A stretch of 64,000 nucleotides of DNA from a bacterium (GTDB lineage: Bacteria > Sysuimicrobiota > Sysuimicrobiia > Sysuimicrobiales > Segetimicrobiaceae): positions 37,294 through 101,293 of the forward strand of contig DATGHZ010000013.1 in the NCBI GenBank assembly GCA_035307565.1, written 5' to 3'. Positions 34,734-44,464 of this stretch are shown in pieces. Numbering within the stretch: position 1 is the stretch's first letter; every line of letters begins with the position of its first letter. The position numbers and the translations under genes were made by a program. Below the pieces are notes generated by a model. The model was not told where the DNA came from and ran no database searches. It saw only the letters and a list, made by a program, of their open reading frames with translations.

Positions 34734-36608
34734 TTAGGCGCGCGTCCTCGTGCCGGCTCCGACGCGCGAGCGAATCTCCCGCACCAGCGCGGCGCAGACC
34801 TCGTACCGGCCGAACGACGGCATAAGGTATGCGCCGTCGATTCGATCGACGAGGCCGTCAAGCAGGTCCCTCGCCAGCCGGAAGCCCTCGTCGCGGCCCG
34901 CGTTCCCGGCTGCGCGCATGCGGTCGCGCACCCAATCCGGAATGGTGATCCCGGGCACCTCGTTATGTAAGAATTCGGCGTGGCGGAAGCTCTGCAGGGG
35001 CAGCACGCCCACGAGCACCGGCACCGGGAGCCGACCGACCCGGCGCTCGAACGCGTCCAGCGTCTCCGGCTCGTAGATCGGCTGCGTCATAAAGAAGTCC
35101 ACGCCGGCCTCGAGTTTGCGCTCCATCTTGGGCAGTTCGCGATCGAGGGTGGCCGTCGCCATGTCGAGCGCCCCACCGATCAGAAAGTGCGCCGGATGCC
35201 CAATGGACTTCCCCGCGAGGTCCAGGCCCTCGTTGAACCGCTTGATGATGCGCATCAGGCCCGCGCTGTCCACGTCGTAAACCGCCGTGACGTTCGGGTA
35301 GTCGCCGCGCGGCGGCTCCCCCGTCAGGGCCAGCACGTTGCGCACCCCCATTGCATGCGCGCCGATGAGATCGGCCTGCAGCCCGACGAGGTTCCGATCC
35401 CGGGTCGTGAAATGGATGATCGTCTCGATGCCGCAGTCCTGCTGAATGAGGTAGCACATCGCGAGCGCGCTCATGCGGACGCGGCCGATGGGACTGTCGC
35501 CGACATCGATCACGTCGGCCCCGGCCTCCTTGAGGAGGCGCGCGCCCTCGATGTCCTTGGTGGCGTCCAGGCCCTTCGGCGGATCGACCTCCACGCTGAT
35601 GACGAACGACCGGTGCAGTTTCTGCGCCAGTTCGCTCGGCTGGCCGACGACGGGCGGCTTGTGGTCGCGCGGGACGGCGGGAACGGCCTCGATGACTCCC
35701 GGGCCCTGCGCGGGTGCGACGTCGACGATGGCCCGGCGGATCGCCGTGATGTGGTCCGGCGTCGTCCCGCAACAGCCGCCGATGACGCGGGCGCCGGCGT
35801 CGACCATCTTTTTCGCGTACGTCGCCATGTGGTCGGGCGACGAGAGATAGATGTAGCGGCCTTCCACCAGGGTGGGAAAGCCCGCGTTCGGCTGCGCGGA
35901 CAGCGGGACGTGCGCCACCGCCGCCATGTGCTGGATGACCTCCAGCATCGGGACGGGGCCGACGCTGCAGTTCGCGCCGACGACATCGGCGCCGGCCGCT
36001 TCGAGCGCCGCCACCACCTCCGCCGGGGTGTGGCCGTACTGCGTGCGGCCATCTTCCGTGAAGGTCATCTGGGTGATCAACGGCAGGTCGCACGCTTCCC
36101 GCGCGGCGGACACCGCCTCGAGCAATTCGCTCAGGTCGGCGAACGTCTCGAGGATCAGCAGATCGACCCCGCCTTCGACCAAGCCGTCGATCTGCGCCCG
36201 AAAGGCCGCCCGCGCCTCTGCCGGCGTGATGCGGCCGAACGGCGCCATGGGACGCCCGAGCGGGCCGACCGACCCGGCGATGAAGAACCCGCGGCCGAAC
36301 ACGTCCCGCGCTTCCTTCGCGATCTTGGCGCCCTGCCGGTTGATCTCGCGGACGCGGCCGTCGAGCGCGTGCGCGGCGAGTTTGAAGGCGTTGGCGCCGA
36401 ACGTGTTGGTCTCGATGATCTCGGCGCCGGCGCGCAGGTAGTCCAGGTGAACGTTGAGGACGCGCTCGCGGTCGCTGAGGTTGAGCGCGTCGAAGCAGTG
36501 ATCAAAGGGCACGCCCCTCGAGTAGAGGAGCGTCCCCATCGCCCCGTCGCACAGCAGGGGCCCGCGCGCCAGCCGGGCGCGGAACGGGTGGCCGAATGCC
36601 GAATTCAC
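34734..36608 (-). CDS. Bifunctional homocysteine S-methyltransferase / 5,10-methylenetetrahydrofolate reductase (YitJ-type fusion)
   Basis: C-terminal 624 aa of ORF 34734..36731. The N-terminal LLCDGAMGT...IETNTFGAN...GGCCGTTP is the S-methyltransferase domain. The C-terminal VEVDPPKG...IHFTTRDRN...NVLALTGEPP is the MTHFR domain. GTG 36608 forms a GTGA overlap with the upstream stop. Confidence 0.85.
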   Translation of the reverse strand: MNSAFGHPFRARLARGPLLCDGAMGTLLYSRGVPFDHCFDALNLSDRERVLNVHLDYLRAGAEIIETNTFGANAFKLAAHALDGRVREINRQGAKIAKEARDVFGRGFFIAGSVGPLGRPMAPFGRITPAEARAAFRAQIDGLVEGGVDLLILETFADLSELLEAVSAAREACDLPLITQMTFTEDGRTQYGHTPAEVVAALEAAGADVVGANCSVGPVPMLEVIQHMAAVAHVPLSAQPNAGFPTLVEGRYIYLSSPDHMATYAKKMVDAGARVIGGCCGTTPDHITAIRRAIVDVAPAQGPGVIEAVPAVPRDHKPPVVGQPSELAQKLHRSFVISVEVDPPKGLDATKDIEGARLLKEAGADVIDVGDSPIGRVRMSALAMCYLIQQDCGIETIIHFTTRDRNLVGLQADLIGAHAMGVRNVLALTGEPPRGDYPNVTAVYDVDSAGLMRIIKRFNEGLDLAGKSIGHPAHFLIGGALDMATATLDRELPKMERKLEAGVDFFMTQPIYEPETLDAFERRVGRLPVPVLVGVLPLQSFRHAEFLHNEVPGITIPDWVRDRMRAAGNAGRDEGFRLARDLLDGLVDRIDGAYLMPSFGRYEVCAALVREIRSRVGAGTRTRA

Positions 36609-37345
36609 GGGGCGAGTTGGAGCGGCGGTCCCCCGCAGATGTTGCACGGCTGCGAGAAGTCTCGCTGGCTGCTGAGCACAAAGCCGTCCGCCGTCTGCTT
36701 GAACGTACGGATCTTGAACGCCACCGGCCACGTCCGGAAATCCACGACCGGGTTGATCTGGCGCTCAAGGTTGGCGGCCAGGATGTAGGGCACCGGGATG
36801 GAGTTCACGGATAGCGCCTGGATGTGGAAGAACACCTCGGGCTCGCCGTACACCTGGAAGATGCCCTGCATCCGTACGCGCGTCGGTATCCCGTTGTACG
36901 TGACCGTGGCCGCGCCGGTAATCGCCTCCGCGTTGGTGGCGAGCCGGACATCCTTCACGGAGGTCTGGCGGTTGAGGAAGTCCTGCACCGCGGCGAGCGA
37001 CAATTTCCCGTAGATCGCGTTGTCGCGAATGTCGACGACCTTGAGATTCCCCGCCTCCAGCTCCGCCGGGTCGAACGACACGCCGGTGAGCCGGATCCAC
37101 AACTCGTCGATCAGCATACCCTTGATCAGGACGTTGCGCCCGTACAGGCTGATCCGCGCATACCCGCCATCGTAGAGATCGGGCACCGCCTCCATCCGTA
37201 GAAAGGGCGGATCGCCGAGGAGGTGGCTGAAGAGCGCCCGCAGTTGCTGTTCGGACGCGGTCTGCGGCGCCGCCCCGGCCGGGAGCAGCAGGCCGCCGAC
37301 GCACGCGGCGATGATCAAAAAGACGGCGTACCGGTGAATGCGCAT
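36605..37345 (-). CDS. Hypothetical secreted protein (possibly DUF2993/LmeA-like)
   Basis: ORF 36605..37381 trimmed to ATG 37345 (GGAG 7 nt upstream). It has a signal peptide MRIHRYAVFLIIAACVGGLLLPAGA. The family guess is weak. Confidence 0.55.
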   Translation of the reverse strand: MRIHRYAVFLIIAACVGGLLLPAGAAPQTASEQQLRALFSHLLGDPPFLRMEAVPDLYDGGYARISLYGRNVLIKGMLIDELWIRLTGVSFDPAELEAGNLKVVDIRDNAIYGKLSLAAVQDFLNRQTSVKDVRLATNAEAITGAATVTYNGIPTRVRMQGIFQVYGEPEVFFHIQALSVNSIPVPYILAANLERQINPVVDFRTWPVAFKIRTFKQTADGFVLSSQRDFSQPCNICGGPPLQLAP

Positions 37346-37542
37346 CACACACTCCGTACCGCGCTGGAAACGTCCGGGCACGGCCTTCCCACTATACCAT
37401 GCCCTTCACAATCGGCAATCGGTCCGCGACCGGACCACGCCCCGTCACACCGTGTTCGTCCAGGCATCCGTCATTCCTCCGTCACCGCGAATGGGGCACG
37501 GAGAACGTCTCTGAGTTTCCAGGGCCAGTGTATAATGGCGCC

Positions 37543-39372
37543 ATGGCCGAACTGCGGCGGCTCGCCGCGTTTCTGCGTCCGTATACCCTGCAGATGGCCG
37601 GCGGCGTCGGCGCGGCGGTGATGGTCGCCGTCGCGTGGCTGTATGTGCCCCGCTATCTGGGCGCGCAGGCCGACCGGATCATCCAGACCGGGAGCCTCGG
37701 CATCCTCAACCGCGCCGCGCTCATCGTGCTCGGCATCTACCTGTTTCGCAGCCTGTGCCTGTACGTCCAGTTGTCGCTGCTGGCGTTCGTCGGCCACCGC
37801 CTGGTGGCCGACCTTCGGGCCCAGATCTTCCACCAGGTGCAGCGGTGGTCGCTCGCGCGCTTCGCGGCGTGGCACAGCGGTGAAGTCATCTCCCGCACGA
37901 TTCAGGACACGCAGCTCGTCGAGCAGCGGCTCCTCGGCGGCATCGTGGACACGATCACCACCGCGCTCACCCTCTTCGGCATCATCGTGATGGTCTTTAC
38001 GATCAACTGGCGCCTTGCGGTCCTCGCGTTTGCGGCGCTCCCGGTGTTCGTGCTGGCGGCGCGGCTGTTCGCCCGCGAGGTCCATCGGGTTTCGGCCCAC
38101 GCGCAGCAGCAGGTCGCCTCGCTCACCGGCCTGATCAAGGAATCGGTGATCGGCGCGCGCGTGATCCGGGCGTTCGTCCAGGAGTCGCGCGAGGAGCAGC
38201 GGTTCGGCCGCGAAAACGAGCGCACGTTCGAGGCGAACTACGGGATCCGGCGCCTGATCGCGGTCGAAGTGTCGCTCGTGAGCTGCCTCACCGCGGTCGC
38301 CTTGGTCGTCGTGCTGTGGGCGGGCGTCCGGTACGTCGCGCGGCACGAGATGACGCCGGGGTCGCTGCTCGCGTTCCTCGGGTACCTCGCGCTCTCCATG
38401 GACCCCGCGATGAGCCTGACGCGGCTCTATTCGGAAGCGCGGCAGGCGATGGCCGGCCTTGAGCGGGTCTTCGAGCTGCTGGACGTCCCGGAAACGGTGC
38501 GCGACGCGCCCGACGCCGTGCCGCTGCCGCGCATCCGGGGCCGCGTCCGCTTCAAGGACGTCGCGCTCGCGTATGAGCCGGGCCGCCTCGCCCTGCGGCA
38601 CATCTCGCTCGACGTCGAGCCGGGCGAGCACGTGGCCGTCGTCGGCCCGAGCGGCGCCGGCAAGACGAGCCTCGTCAACCTGATTCCGCGCTTCTACGAT
38701 CCGACGGACGGGACTGTGGAAATTGACGGCCGCGATCTCCGGCGCGTCACGATCGCGTCGGTCCGCGGCCAAATCGGCCTGGTGCCCCAAGAGACGATTC
38801 TGTTCGCGGGCTCGATCGCCGAGAACATCGCCTACGGCCGGCCGTCGGCCTCGCGGGCGGACATCGAACAGGCCGCCCGTGTCGCGAACGCGCACGGCTT
38901 CATCGCCGCGCTTCCGAGAGGCTACGACACCGTCCTGGGTGAAGGCGGGCTACAGCTCTCCGGCGGGCAGCGGCAGCGGCTGGCGCTGGCGCGCGCGATG
39001 CTGAACGATCCGGCCATCTACATCCTCGACGAGGCCACCTCCGCGCTCGACACCGAGTCGGAAGAGGCCATCCAGGACGCCATGGCGCGCCTGACGCAGC
39101 GGCGGACCACCTTCATCGTGGCGCACCGGCTGTCGACGGTCCGCAGCGCCGACCGGATTATCGTGATGCTGGACGGCAAGATCGTGGAGTCGGGCCGCCA
39201 CGACGAGCTCGCCTCGGGCGACGGACCCTACAGCCGCCTCGTGCGGAGCCAGCTGCTCGAGGACGCCGGCCCGGTGGCGAGCCCGGTGCCGGCCGGCGCG
39301 CCGGCTCCCGCCGCACCGCGGACGGCGCCAGCCAAACCCACCCCGCGCATCAAGCCGGCGCCCACCGCGTGA
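37543..39372 (+). CDS. ABC transporter, fused permease/ATPase (MsbA-like lipid exporter family)
   Basis: ORF 37399..39372 trimmed to ATG 37543. It has six N-terminal TM segments, then Walker A GPSGAGKTS, the signature LSGGQRQRLALARA and Walker B IYILDEATSALD. Confidence 0.85.
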   Translation: MAELRRLAAFLRPYTLQMAGGVGAAVMVAVAWLYVPRYLGAQADRIIQTGSLGILNRAALIVLGIYLFRSLCLYVQLSLLAFVGHRLVADLRAQIFHQVQRWSLARFAAWHSGEVISRTIQDTQLVEQRLLGGIVDTITTALTLFGIIVMVFTINWRLAVLAFAALPVFVLAARLFAREVHRVSAHAQQQVASLTGLIKESVIGARVIRAFVQESREEQRFGRENERTFEANYGIRRLIAVEVSLVSCLTAVALVVVLWAGVRYVARHEMTPGSLLAFLGYLALSMDPAMSLTRLYSEARQAMAGLERVFELLDVPETVRDAPDAVPLPRIRGRVRFKDVALAYEPGRLALRHISLDVEPGEHVAVVGPSGAGKTSLVNLIPRFYDPTDGTVEIDGRDLRRVTIASVRGQIGLVPQETILFAGSIAENIAYGRPSASRADIEQAARVANAHGFIAALPRGYDTVLGEGGLQLSGGQRQRLALARAMLNDPAIYILDEATSALDTESEEAIQDAMARLTQRRTTFIVAHRLSTVRSADRIIVMLDGKIVESGRHDELASGDGPYSRLVRSQLLEDAGPVASPVPAGAPAPAAPRTAPAKPTPRIKPAPTA

Positions 39373-40304
39373 GTCTCGACGTCAGCGTTATCACGCCTAC
39401 ACGCAACCGCGCCGACATGCTGGCGCGCTGCCTGCGCTACCTATCCGACCAGACGCTCGCGCCCGAGCGGTATGAAGTGCTGGTGGTGGACGACGCCTCG
39501 ACCGACGAAACCCGCGCCGTGCTCGCCGACGCCGCGCGCACCGCGCGGTGCGCCGTCCGGGGATTTCGCCTCGACTCGCGGAAGGGCGTGCCGGGGGCGA
39601 GGAACCACGCCATCGGCGAAGCCCGCGGGTCGGTCATCGTCTTCGTGGACAGCGATAACCTCGCGGCCCCGTCCTTTCTCGAGGCCCACCTGGCGATTCA
39701 CGAGGCGCACGGACGCGCCGTCGGGCGGGGGCCGGTCATCCAGACCCGGTCGCTCGACGAGCCATTCGCGGTCCGCGGCGGACTCCTCGATCTGTCCACG
39801 GCGTACTTCGACACGGACAACGCCTCCGTCCGCCGCGAGCACCTCGAGAAGGTCGGGCCCTTCGATGAAGTGTTCTATCCGTACGGGTGGGAAGGCCTCG
39901 ACCTGGGGTTCCGGCTCCGGGCGCTCGGCCTGCGGCGCGTCTACCGCAGGGACGCGGCCCTCTATCACTACCAGGAGCCGGTCTCGCCGGGAAGCCTGAG
40001 CGGCCTCCTCACGAAAGAGGAGGAACGGGCCCGGACCGCCTGGGTGTTCTACGCCAAGCACCCGACGCTCGAGGCCCGCCTCGCGCTGCAGTTCACGCCG
40101 TTTCACCTGGCGCTCAATGCGGCGCAGCGGTTGTTCGGCTTGGTGCATCCCGGGAACGTGGAAACCTGGGTGCGGCGCGCCGACCGCGCCGGCCTGCCCG
40201 GCTTAGGGCGGCTGCTGCTGTCCGGCGTGTTGAACGCCCGCTACCTGGCGCACCTGCATGCGAACGTACAGAAGCGCCCGCGGGTGCACGTGCACGGAGA
40301 GTAG
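39369..40304 (+). CDS. Glycosyltransferase family 2
   Basis: ORF 39369..40304. SVITPTRNR...VLVVDDASTDET...VIVFVDSDN is the GT-A DxD architecture. Its GTG forms a GTGA overlap with the msbA-like stop. Confidence 0.8.
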   Translation: MSLDVSVITPTRNRADMLARCLRYLSDQTLAPERYEVLVVDDASTDETRAVLADAARTARCAVRGFRLDSRKGVPGARNHAIGEARGSVIVFVDSDNLAAPSFLEAHLAIHEAHGRAVGRGPVIQTRSLDEPFAVRGGLLDLSTAYFDTDNASVRREHLEKVGPFDEVFYPYGWEGLDLGFRLRALGLRRVYRRDAALYHYQEPVSPGSLSGLLTKEEERARTAWVFYAKHPTLEARLALQFTPFHLALNAAQRLFGLVHPGNVETWVRRADRAGLPGLGRLLLSGVLNARYLAHLHANVQKRPRVHVHGE

Positions 40305-40397
40305 ATAGAGTCCGGGGAGAAGAGACAGCACGTCGGGGGCGCTGCACTCCCCGCGGGGTCTCGACGTCAATCCCCGCGCGGTGGTATAAGAGTTGAG

Positions 40398-40607
40398 ATG
40401 AATACCGAGGTTATTTTTGTGGTTCAAGAGTCCCCGGAGGGCGGCTACGAAGCGCGCGCCCTCAATCATTCGATCTTTACTCAAGCGGACACGATTGAAG
40501 CGCTCCGGGACGCAGTCCGTGACGCTGTGATATGCCATTTCGAGGAAACGGACCGTCCCCGCGTGATCCGTCTTCACCTCGTGAAGGACGAACTGATCGC
40601 TGTATGA
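40398..40607 (+). CDS. hicB: HicB-like antitoxin (small 69-aa form)
   Basis: ORF 40398..40607. VIFVVQESPEGGYEARALNHSIFTQADTIEALRDAVRDAVICHF is the pattern of the small antitoxins that pair with HicA/YcfA toxins. Its stop overlaps the following ATG (ATGA). Confidence 0.7.
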   Translation: MNTEVIFVVQESPEGGYEARALNHSIFTQADTIEALRDAVRDAVICHFEETDRPRVIRLHLVKDELIAV

Positions 40608-40855
40608 AGCTTCCCCGCGACCTGAGCGGGGAGGAATTGGCCAGAGTACTTCAACGCTGAGGATATCGAATCACTCGCCAAACCGGGAGCCACATGCGGT
40701 TGACGTCGAAGGCAACAGGTCGAGCCCACCACATCACCGTGCCGCGACACGGCAGTCTTAAAGTAGGCACGCTGCGCGGCATCCTTGGAGACGTGGCGGC
40801 CTACCTGGAGTTGGACGTAGCCACCCTCGCGGGCGACCTCTTTGGAGGATCGTGA
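40604..40855 (+). pseudogene. hicA: HicA/YcfA-family toxin gene interrupted by an in-frame TGA at codon 19
   Basis: My translation is MKLPRDLSGEELARVLQR*GYRITRQTGSHMRLTSKATGRAHHITVPRHGSLKVGTLRGILGDVAAYLELD.... This is HicA-like throughout in one frame. The TGA at 40658-40660 occupies the position where family members have Leu (xxLGY). Neither half is in the ORF track, being shorter than its apparent ~60-aa minimum. Confidence 0.7.
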
Positions 40856-40861
40856 CGCGGC

Positions 40862-41884
40862 ATGGAAATCAGCGTCATCATCCCAACCTACAACAACGGC
40901 GAGGTGCTGCGCGAGACGATCCGGGCGGCGCGAGCGCAGACGCTTGCCGCCGAGCGCTACGAGATCGTGGTGGTAGACGACGGCAGCACGGACGGGACGG
41001 CGGACGCTGTGGCGGAGCTCGCCCGCGCTCCGGGGCCCGCGATCCGCTACGTCGCGCAGGCCAACCGCGGACGCTCCGCGGCCCGCAACCTCGGCCTCCG
41101 GAGCGCCCGAGGGCGCATCGCCGTCTTCATCGATTCGGATCTCTGGGCCACGCCCACGCTGCTCGCCGAGCACCTCGCACATTACCCGTCGGGGGTGACG
41201 GCGCGCGGGGTCCAGGGCCGGACGGTCCCCCACCCCGACTCGCGTGTGACGCCGTTCATGAAGGTCAAAGAGACCACGCCGGATCTGACGATGCGCCGGC
41301 GCCACGACCTCTCACCGTTCCACGTGACGACCCGAAACTGCTCGATGCTGCGCCAGGACGTGTTGGACGCGGGCGGCTTCGACGAGACGTTCAGCGGCTA
41401 CGGTTGGGAGGACATCGAACTCGCGATCCGCATGCACGCGCGGGGCGTGCGGTTCGAGTACGAACCGGCGGCGCTGGGCCACCACTACCATGTGGAGTCG
41501 CTCGACAGCATCCGCCGCAAGCTGCGCGAGGCGGGCGCCGGCGCCGTCTATTTCTGGGACAAGTACGGCCGCCCGGCACGCCTCGGCGTGTTCCTAGAAA
41601 TCCTGCCCGCGATGCTGCCGCTCAAATGGCTGGTGTTTCGGACGCCGTTGTTCATGCCGGTGCTGCGGCGGCTGCTGCCGGTCGCGGAACGCCGCGGATG
41701 GCTGCTGCTCGCCAGCGAGTGTTACAACGAGCTGACGTGGGAAGCCTACTACGACGGCGTGTTCGCCGCGCGCCGGCGGCTTCGTCACACGCACGCGGCG
41801 CCCGCGCAGCCCGCCGCGCGCGGCGCGTCCGCCGGCCCGGCGCGGGCGATCGGCCCCGGCCGCCACACCGCGGATGGAGATTAG
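40862..41884 (+). CDS. Glycosyltransferase family 2 (tandem paralogue A; hydrophobic C-terminal region)
   Basis: ORF 40862..41884. Contains MEISVIIPTYNN, VVVDDGSTDGT, FIDSDL and GWEDIEL. The C-terminal LEILPAMLPLKWLVFRTPLFMPVL is hydrophobic. Confidence 0.8.
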   Translation: MEISVIIPTYNNGEVLRETIRAARAQTLAAERYEIVVVDDGSTDGTADAVAELARAPGPAIRYVAQANRGRSAARNLGLRSARGRIAVFIDSDLWATPTLLAEHLAHYPSGVTARGVQGRTVPHPDSRVTPFMKVKETTPDLTMRRRHDLSPFHVTTRNCSMLRQDVLDAGGFDETFSGYGWEDIELAIRMHARGVRFEYEPAALGHHYHVESLDSIRRKLREAGAGAVYFWDKYGRPARLGVFLEILPAMLPLKWLVFRTPLFMPVLRRLLPVAERRGWLLLASECYNELTWEAYYDGVFAARRRLRHTHAAPAQPAARGASAGPARAIGPGRHTADGD

Positions 41885-42872
41885 CGTCGTCATTCCGAGC
41901 TTCAATAATTGTCGGGTGCTCCGCCGCACGCTGGACCACCTCGCCGCGCAGACCTTCCCGCACGACCGGTACGAAGTCATCGTCGCAGACGACGGTTCGA
42001 CGGACGGCACCGAGGACATGGTGCGGACGTACCCGTTCCCCGGCACGCTCCGATACGTCGCCCACCGTCACGGGGGCTTTGCCGCCACGGAGAACCTGGG
42101 CGTGCGCAGTGCGCGCGGACGGGTCATCTTGTTCGTGGATTCCGACTTCTGGGTCGAGCCGGGGCTGCTCGCGGCGCACCACTGCCACTACCCGGCGGGG
42201 GCGCGCGGGATTGCCGTCCAAGGCATCACGACCGGGATTCATCCCGACGCCCTCGCGACACCGTTCATGCGGGTGAAGCTCCTCACCCTCGACCTGACGG
42301 TGCGGCGCCGCCACCGCATGTCGCCGCACCACGTCGTCAACCGCAACCTGTCGATGCTCAAAGCCGACTTCGATGCCGCGGGCGGATTGGACGAAGCGAT
42401 GCGCGGCTACGGTTACGAAGATCTCGATCTTGCGCTGCGCATGACTGCGGCGGGGGTCATCCTCGAGTTCGAGCCCGAGGCGCGTGGGGTCCACTATCAC
42501 GTGGAGACCCTTGCGGACGTCGAACGCAAACAGTACGGCGCGGGATGGTCCGCGGTGTATGTGTGGCGCAAGCACCGGCGCTCCCGCCGGCTCGGCTTCT
42601 TCCTGGAAATTCTTCCGTGGATGCTGCCGCTCAAGTGGCTTGTCTACCGCACGCCGCTCGTGATACCGGCGCTGCGCCGACTCGTGCCGATCGGGGAGCG
42701 GCGCAACTGGCTGTGGATTCTCAACGAGTGTTACAAGAATCTGCTCCAGGCGGCATTCTACCGGGGCGTGTTCGAGGCCCTGCGCACGCCGCCGGGTGCC
42801 CGGGCGCCGGCGCCCGAGGATTTACCGGCGCCCGCCCCCGCGAGAGGATCCCCCCGTTACGGGCACCGGTAG
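41874..42872 (+). CDS. Glycosyltransferase family 2 (tandem paralogue B)
   Basis: ORF 41874..42872. It is collinear with paralogue A (MEISVVIPSFNN, VADDGSTDGT, FVDSDF, GYEDLDL, LEILPWMLPLKWLVYRTPLVIPAL). It overlaps paralogue A by 11 nt. Confidence 0.8.
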   Translation: MEISVVIPSFNNCRVLRRTLDHLAAQTFPHDRYEVIVADDGSTDGTEDMVRTYPFPGTLRYVAHRHGGFAATENLGVRSARGRVILFVDSDFWVEPGLLAAHHCHYPAGARGIAVQGITTGIHPDALATPFMRVKLLTLDLTVRRRHRMSPHHVVNRNLSMLKADFDAAGGLDEAMRGYGYEDLDLALRMTAAGVILEFEPEARGVHYHVETLADVERKQYGAGWSAVYVWRKHRRSRRLGFFLEILPWMLPLKWLVYRTPLVIPALRRLVPIGERRNWLWILNECYKNLLQAAFYRGVFEALRTPPGARAPAPEDLPAPAPARGSPRYGHR

Positions 42873-44452
42873 TTCGCCGGCTTCGCCAGTACGTCGATGC
42901 CGTTGTACGCCGTCATCAGCCTGAGGTCGCGCGGCAGCGCCACGCGGGGCCGTTCTGACTCGGCGATGACGATGAAGGCCGGGCCCGGAAGACAGACGCC
43001 GTTGGCCAGCTGCAACGGCGTCGTGATCCACTCCACGCGGTGGCCTGAATAGTAAATGAGAGACGAGTAGATATCGAGCCGGTAGCCGAGGATGCGGTCG
43101 CCCGGCCGCCATGCGTCCGCGATGGCCCGGGCCGCGACCGGCATCGGCTTCTCGGCTTCAACACGCGGGACCACCCACGTGAGCACGGCAAGCCAGGAGA
43201 GCCCTATCGCGGCGCACAGCGTAACAAACGCGGCGCCGCGGCGTCTCGCGAGCAGCAGGCCTCCCGCCGCCGCCACGCCGGCGGCGACGAGGATCGCGGG
43301 CGGCAGCAGGATGTGGCTGAATTCACGGTACTGCGCCGGGTACAGCTTCGCGAGGTAATGTCCGATGCCGAGGTACATCACCGCGACAAGCACTGCCAAG
43401 AGCGCCGCCGACGCCGCAAGCGAACGGGACCACGCCTGCGCCGGTTGGTCGAGCAGTCCGTCCCACATCGCCGCGATACCGACCGCGGCCAGCGGATAGA
43501 CCGGCAGCACGTAGTTGGGCAGTTTGGTCTGGGCCAGCGAATAGAAGACGAAGACGATCGCGCACCACAGCACGACGAACAGGCCGCCGTCATGGCGGAG
43601 CCGGCGGGCGTGCCACACCGCGGCCGCCGGCCAGAACGCGGTCCACGGAAACGCGCCAATCGTCAGGATGGGGATGTAGTAAAACCACGGCCCCGCTTGA
43701 TTCTCCACCACGCCGAAGAACCGGCCCACGCCGTAGTAGCCGAGGACCGGCCGTACGAACGCCGCGCCGTGCAGCGCCGCCTCGGCAGCGTACCAGGAGA
43801 GGCCGATGAGCGCGTAGAGGACCAGCCCCGGAATCCACGGCACCTCCCGCCACCGCGGCCACGCTCGCCGCGCGGTGACAAAGGCCGCCATCACGAGCCC
43901 CGGCAGGACCAGACCGATCGGGCCCTTGGTCAGTGTCGCCAGGCCGGCAAAGAGGAAGAACCGCAGATAATCGGCCGCGCGCCCGCGCTGATAGCCGCGG
44001 ATCGCGCCGTAGGCGGCGAGCAGCACGAACGCGAGCAGCACGGTATCGAACACGGCGAGGCGCGACTGCACAAGAAAGTGGAACGTCACCGCCAGGGCGG
44101 CGCCCGCCATGACGCCCGTCCGCGCATTGAACAGCGCGCCCCCGAGCAGCATCGTCGCGTAGACGGCAACGACGCTAAAGATCCCCGACCACACACGGAC
44201 GGTGAAGGTACTGAACCCCGCGATGCGCCCGGTGCCGGCGACAAGCCACATGTACAGGGGCGGGTGCACGTACCAGGGACCGCCGTTTGCGTGCAGCGTA
44301 ATCGGGTCGCCGGTCTGGAGAATTTCGCGCGCGACTTCGGCGTACTTGGTCTCGTCCTGATCCCAGAGCGTGCCGGCGCCGAGCCGGTAGAACGTCAGGA
44401 CGGCGGCGGCCAGAAGCACGGCCGCCGCCCACCGTTGCTCGCGCTGCGGCAT
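42857..44452 (-). CDS. GT-C fold glycosyltransferase, ArnT-like (PMT_2)
   Basis: ORF 42857..44452. WDQDETKYAEVAREIL...PPLYMWL...TLTKGPIG is followed by many TM segments, the ArnT/PMT_2 pattern. Confidence 0.8.
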   Translation of the reverse strand: MPQREQRWAAAVLLAAAVLTFYRLGAGTLWDQDETKYAEVAREILQTGDPITLHANGGPWYVHPPLYMWLVAGTGRIAGFSTFTVRVWSGIFSVVAVYATMLLGGALFNARTGVMAGAALAVTFHFLVQSRLAVFDTVLLAFVLLAAYGAIRGYQRGRAADYLRFFLFAGLATLTKGPIGLVLPGLVMAAFVTARRAWPRWREVPWIPGLVLYALIGLSWYAAEAALHGAAFVRPVLGYYGVGRFFGVVENQAGPWFYYIPILTIGAFPWTAFWPAAAVWHARRLRHDGGLFVVLWCAIVFVFYSLAQTKLPNYVLPVYPLAAVGIAAMWDGLLDQPAQAWSRSLAASAALLAVLVAVMYLGIGHYLAKLYPAQYREFSHILLPPAILVAAGVAAAGGLLLARRRGAAFVTLCAAIGLSWLAVLTWVVPRVEAEKPMPVAARAIADAWRPGDRILGYRLDIYSSLIYYSGHRVEWITTPLQLANGVCLPGPAFIVIAESERPRVALPRDLRLMTAYNGIDVLAKPANYRCP

Positions 44453-44464
44453 CGACGGCTGGAC

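Noticed and set aside
34980-36788. A 602-aa + strand ORF, plus several 100-380-aa alternate-frame ORFs over 34.7-36.7 kb
   Set aside because: The minus-strand frame encodes an unmistakable homocysteine S-methyltransferase/MTHFR fusion. The others are junk-composition shadows.
40658-40660. The in-frame TGA in hicA read as selenocysteine or programmed recoding
   Set aside because: The position aligns with a conserved Leu, not Cys/Sec. I see no SECIS-like hairpin immediately downstream, and a toxin gene is a common target of inactivation. I report it as a pseudogene, with read-through left as an open alternative.
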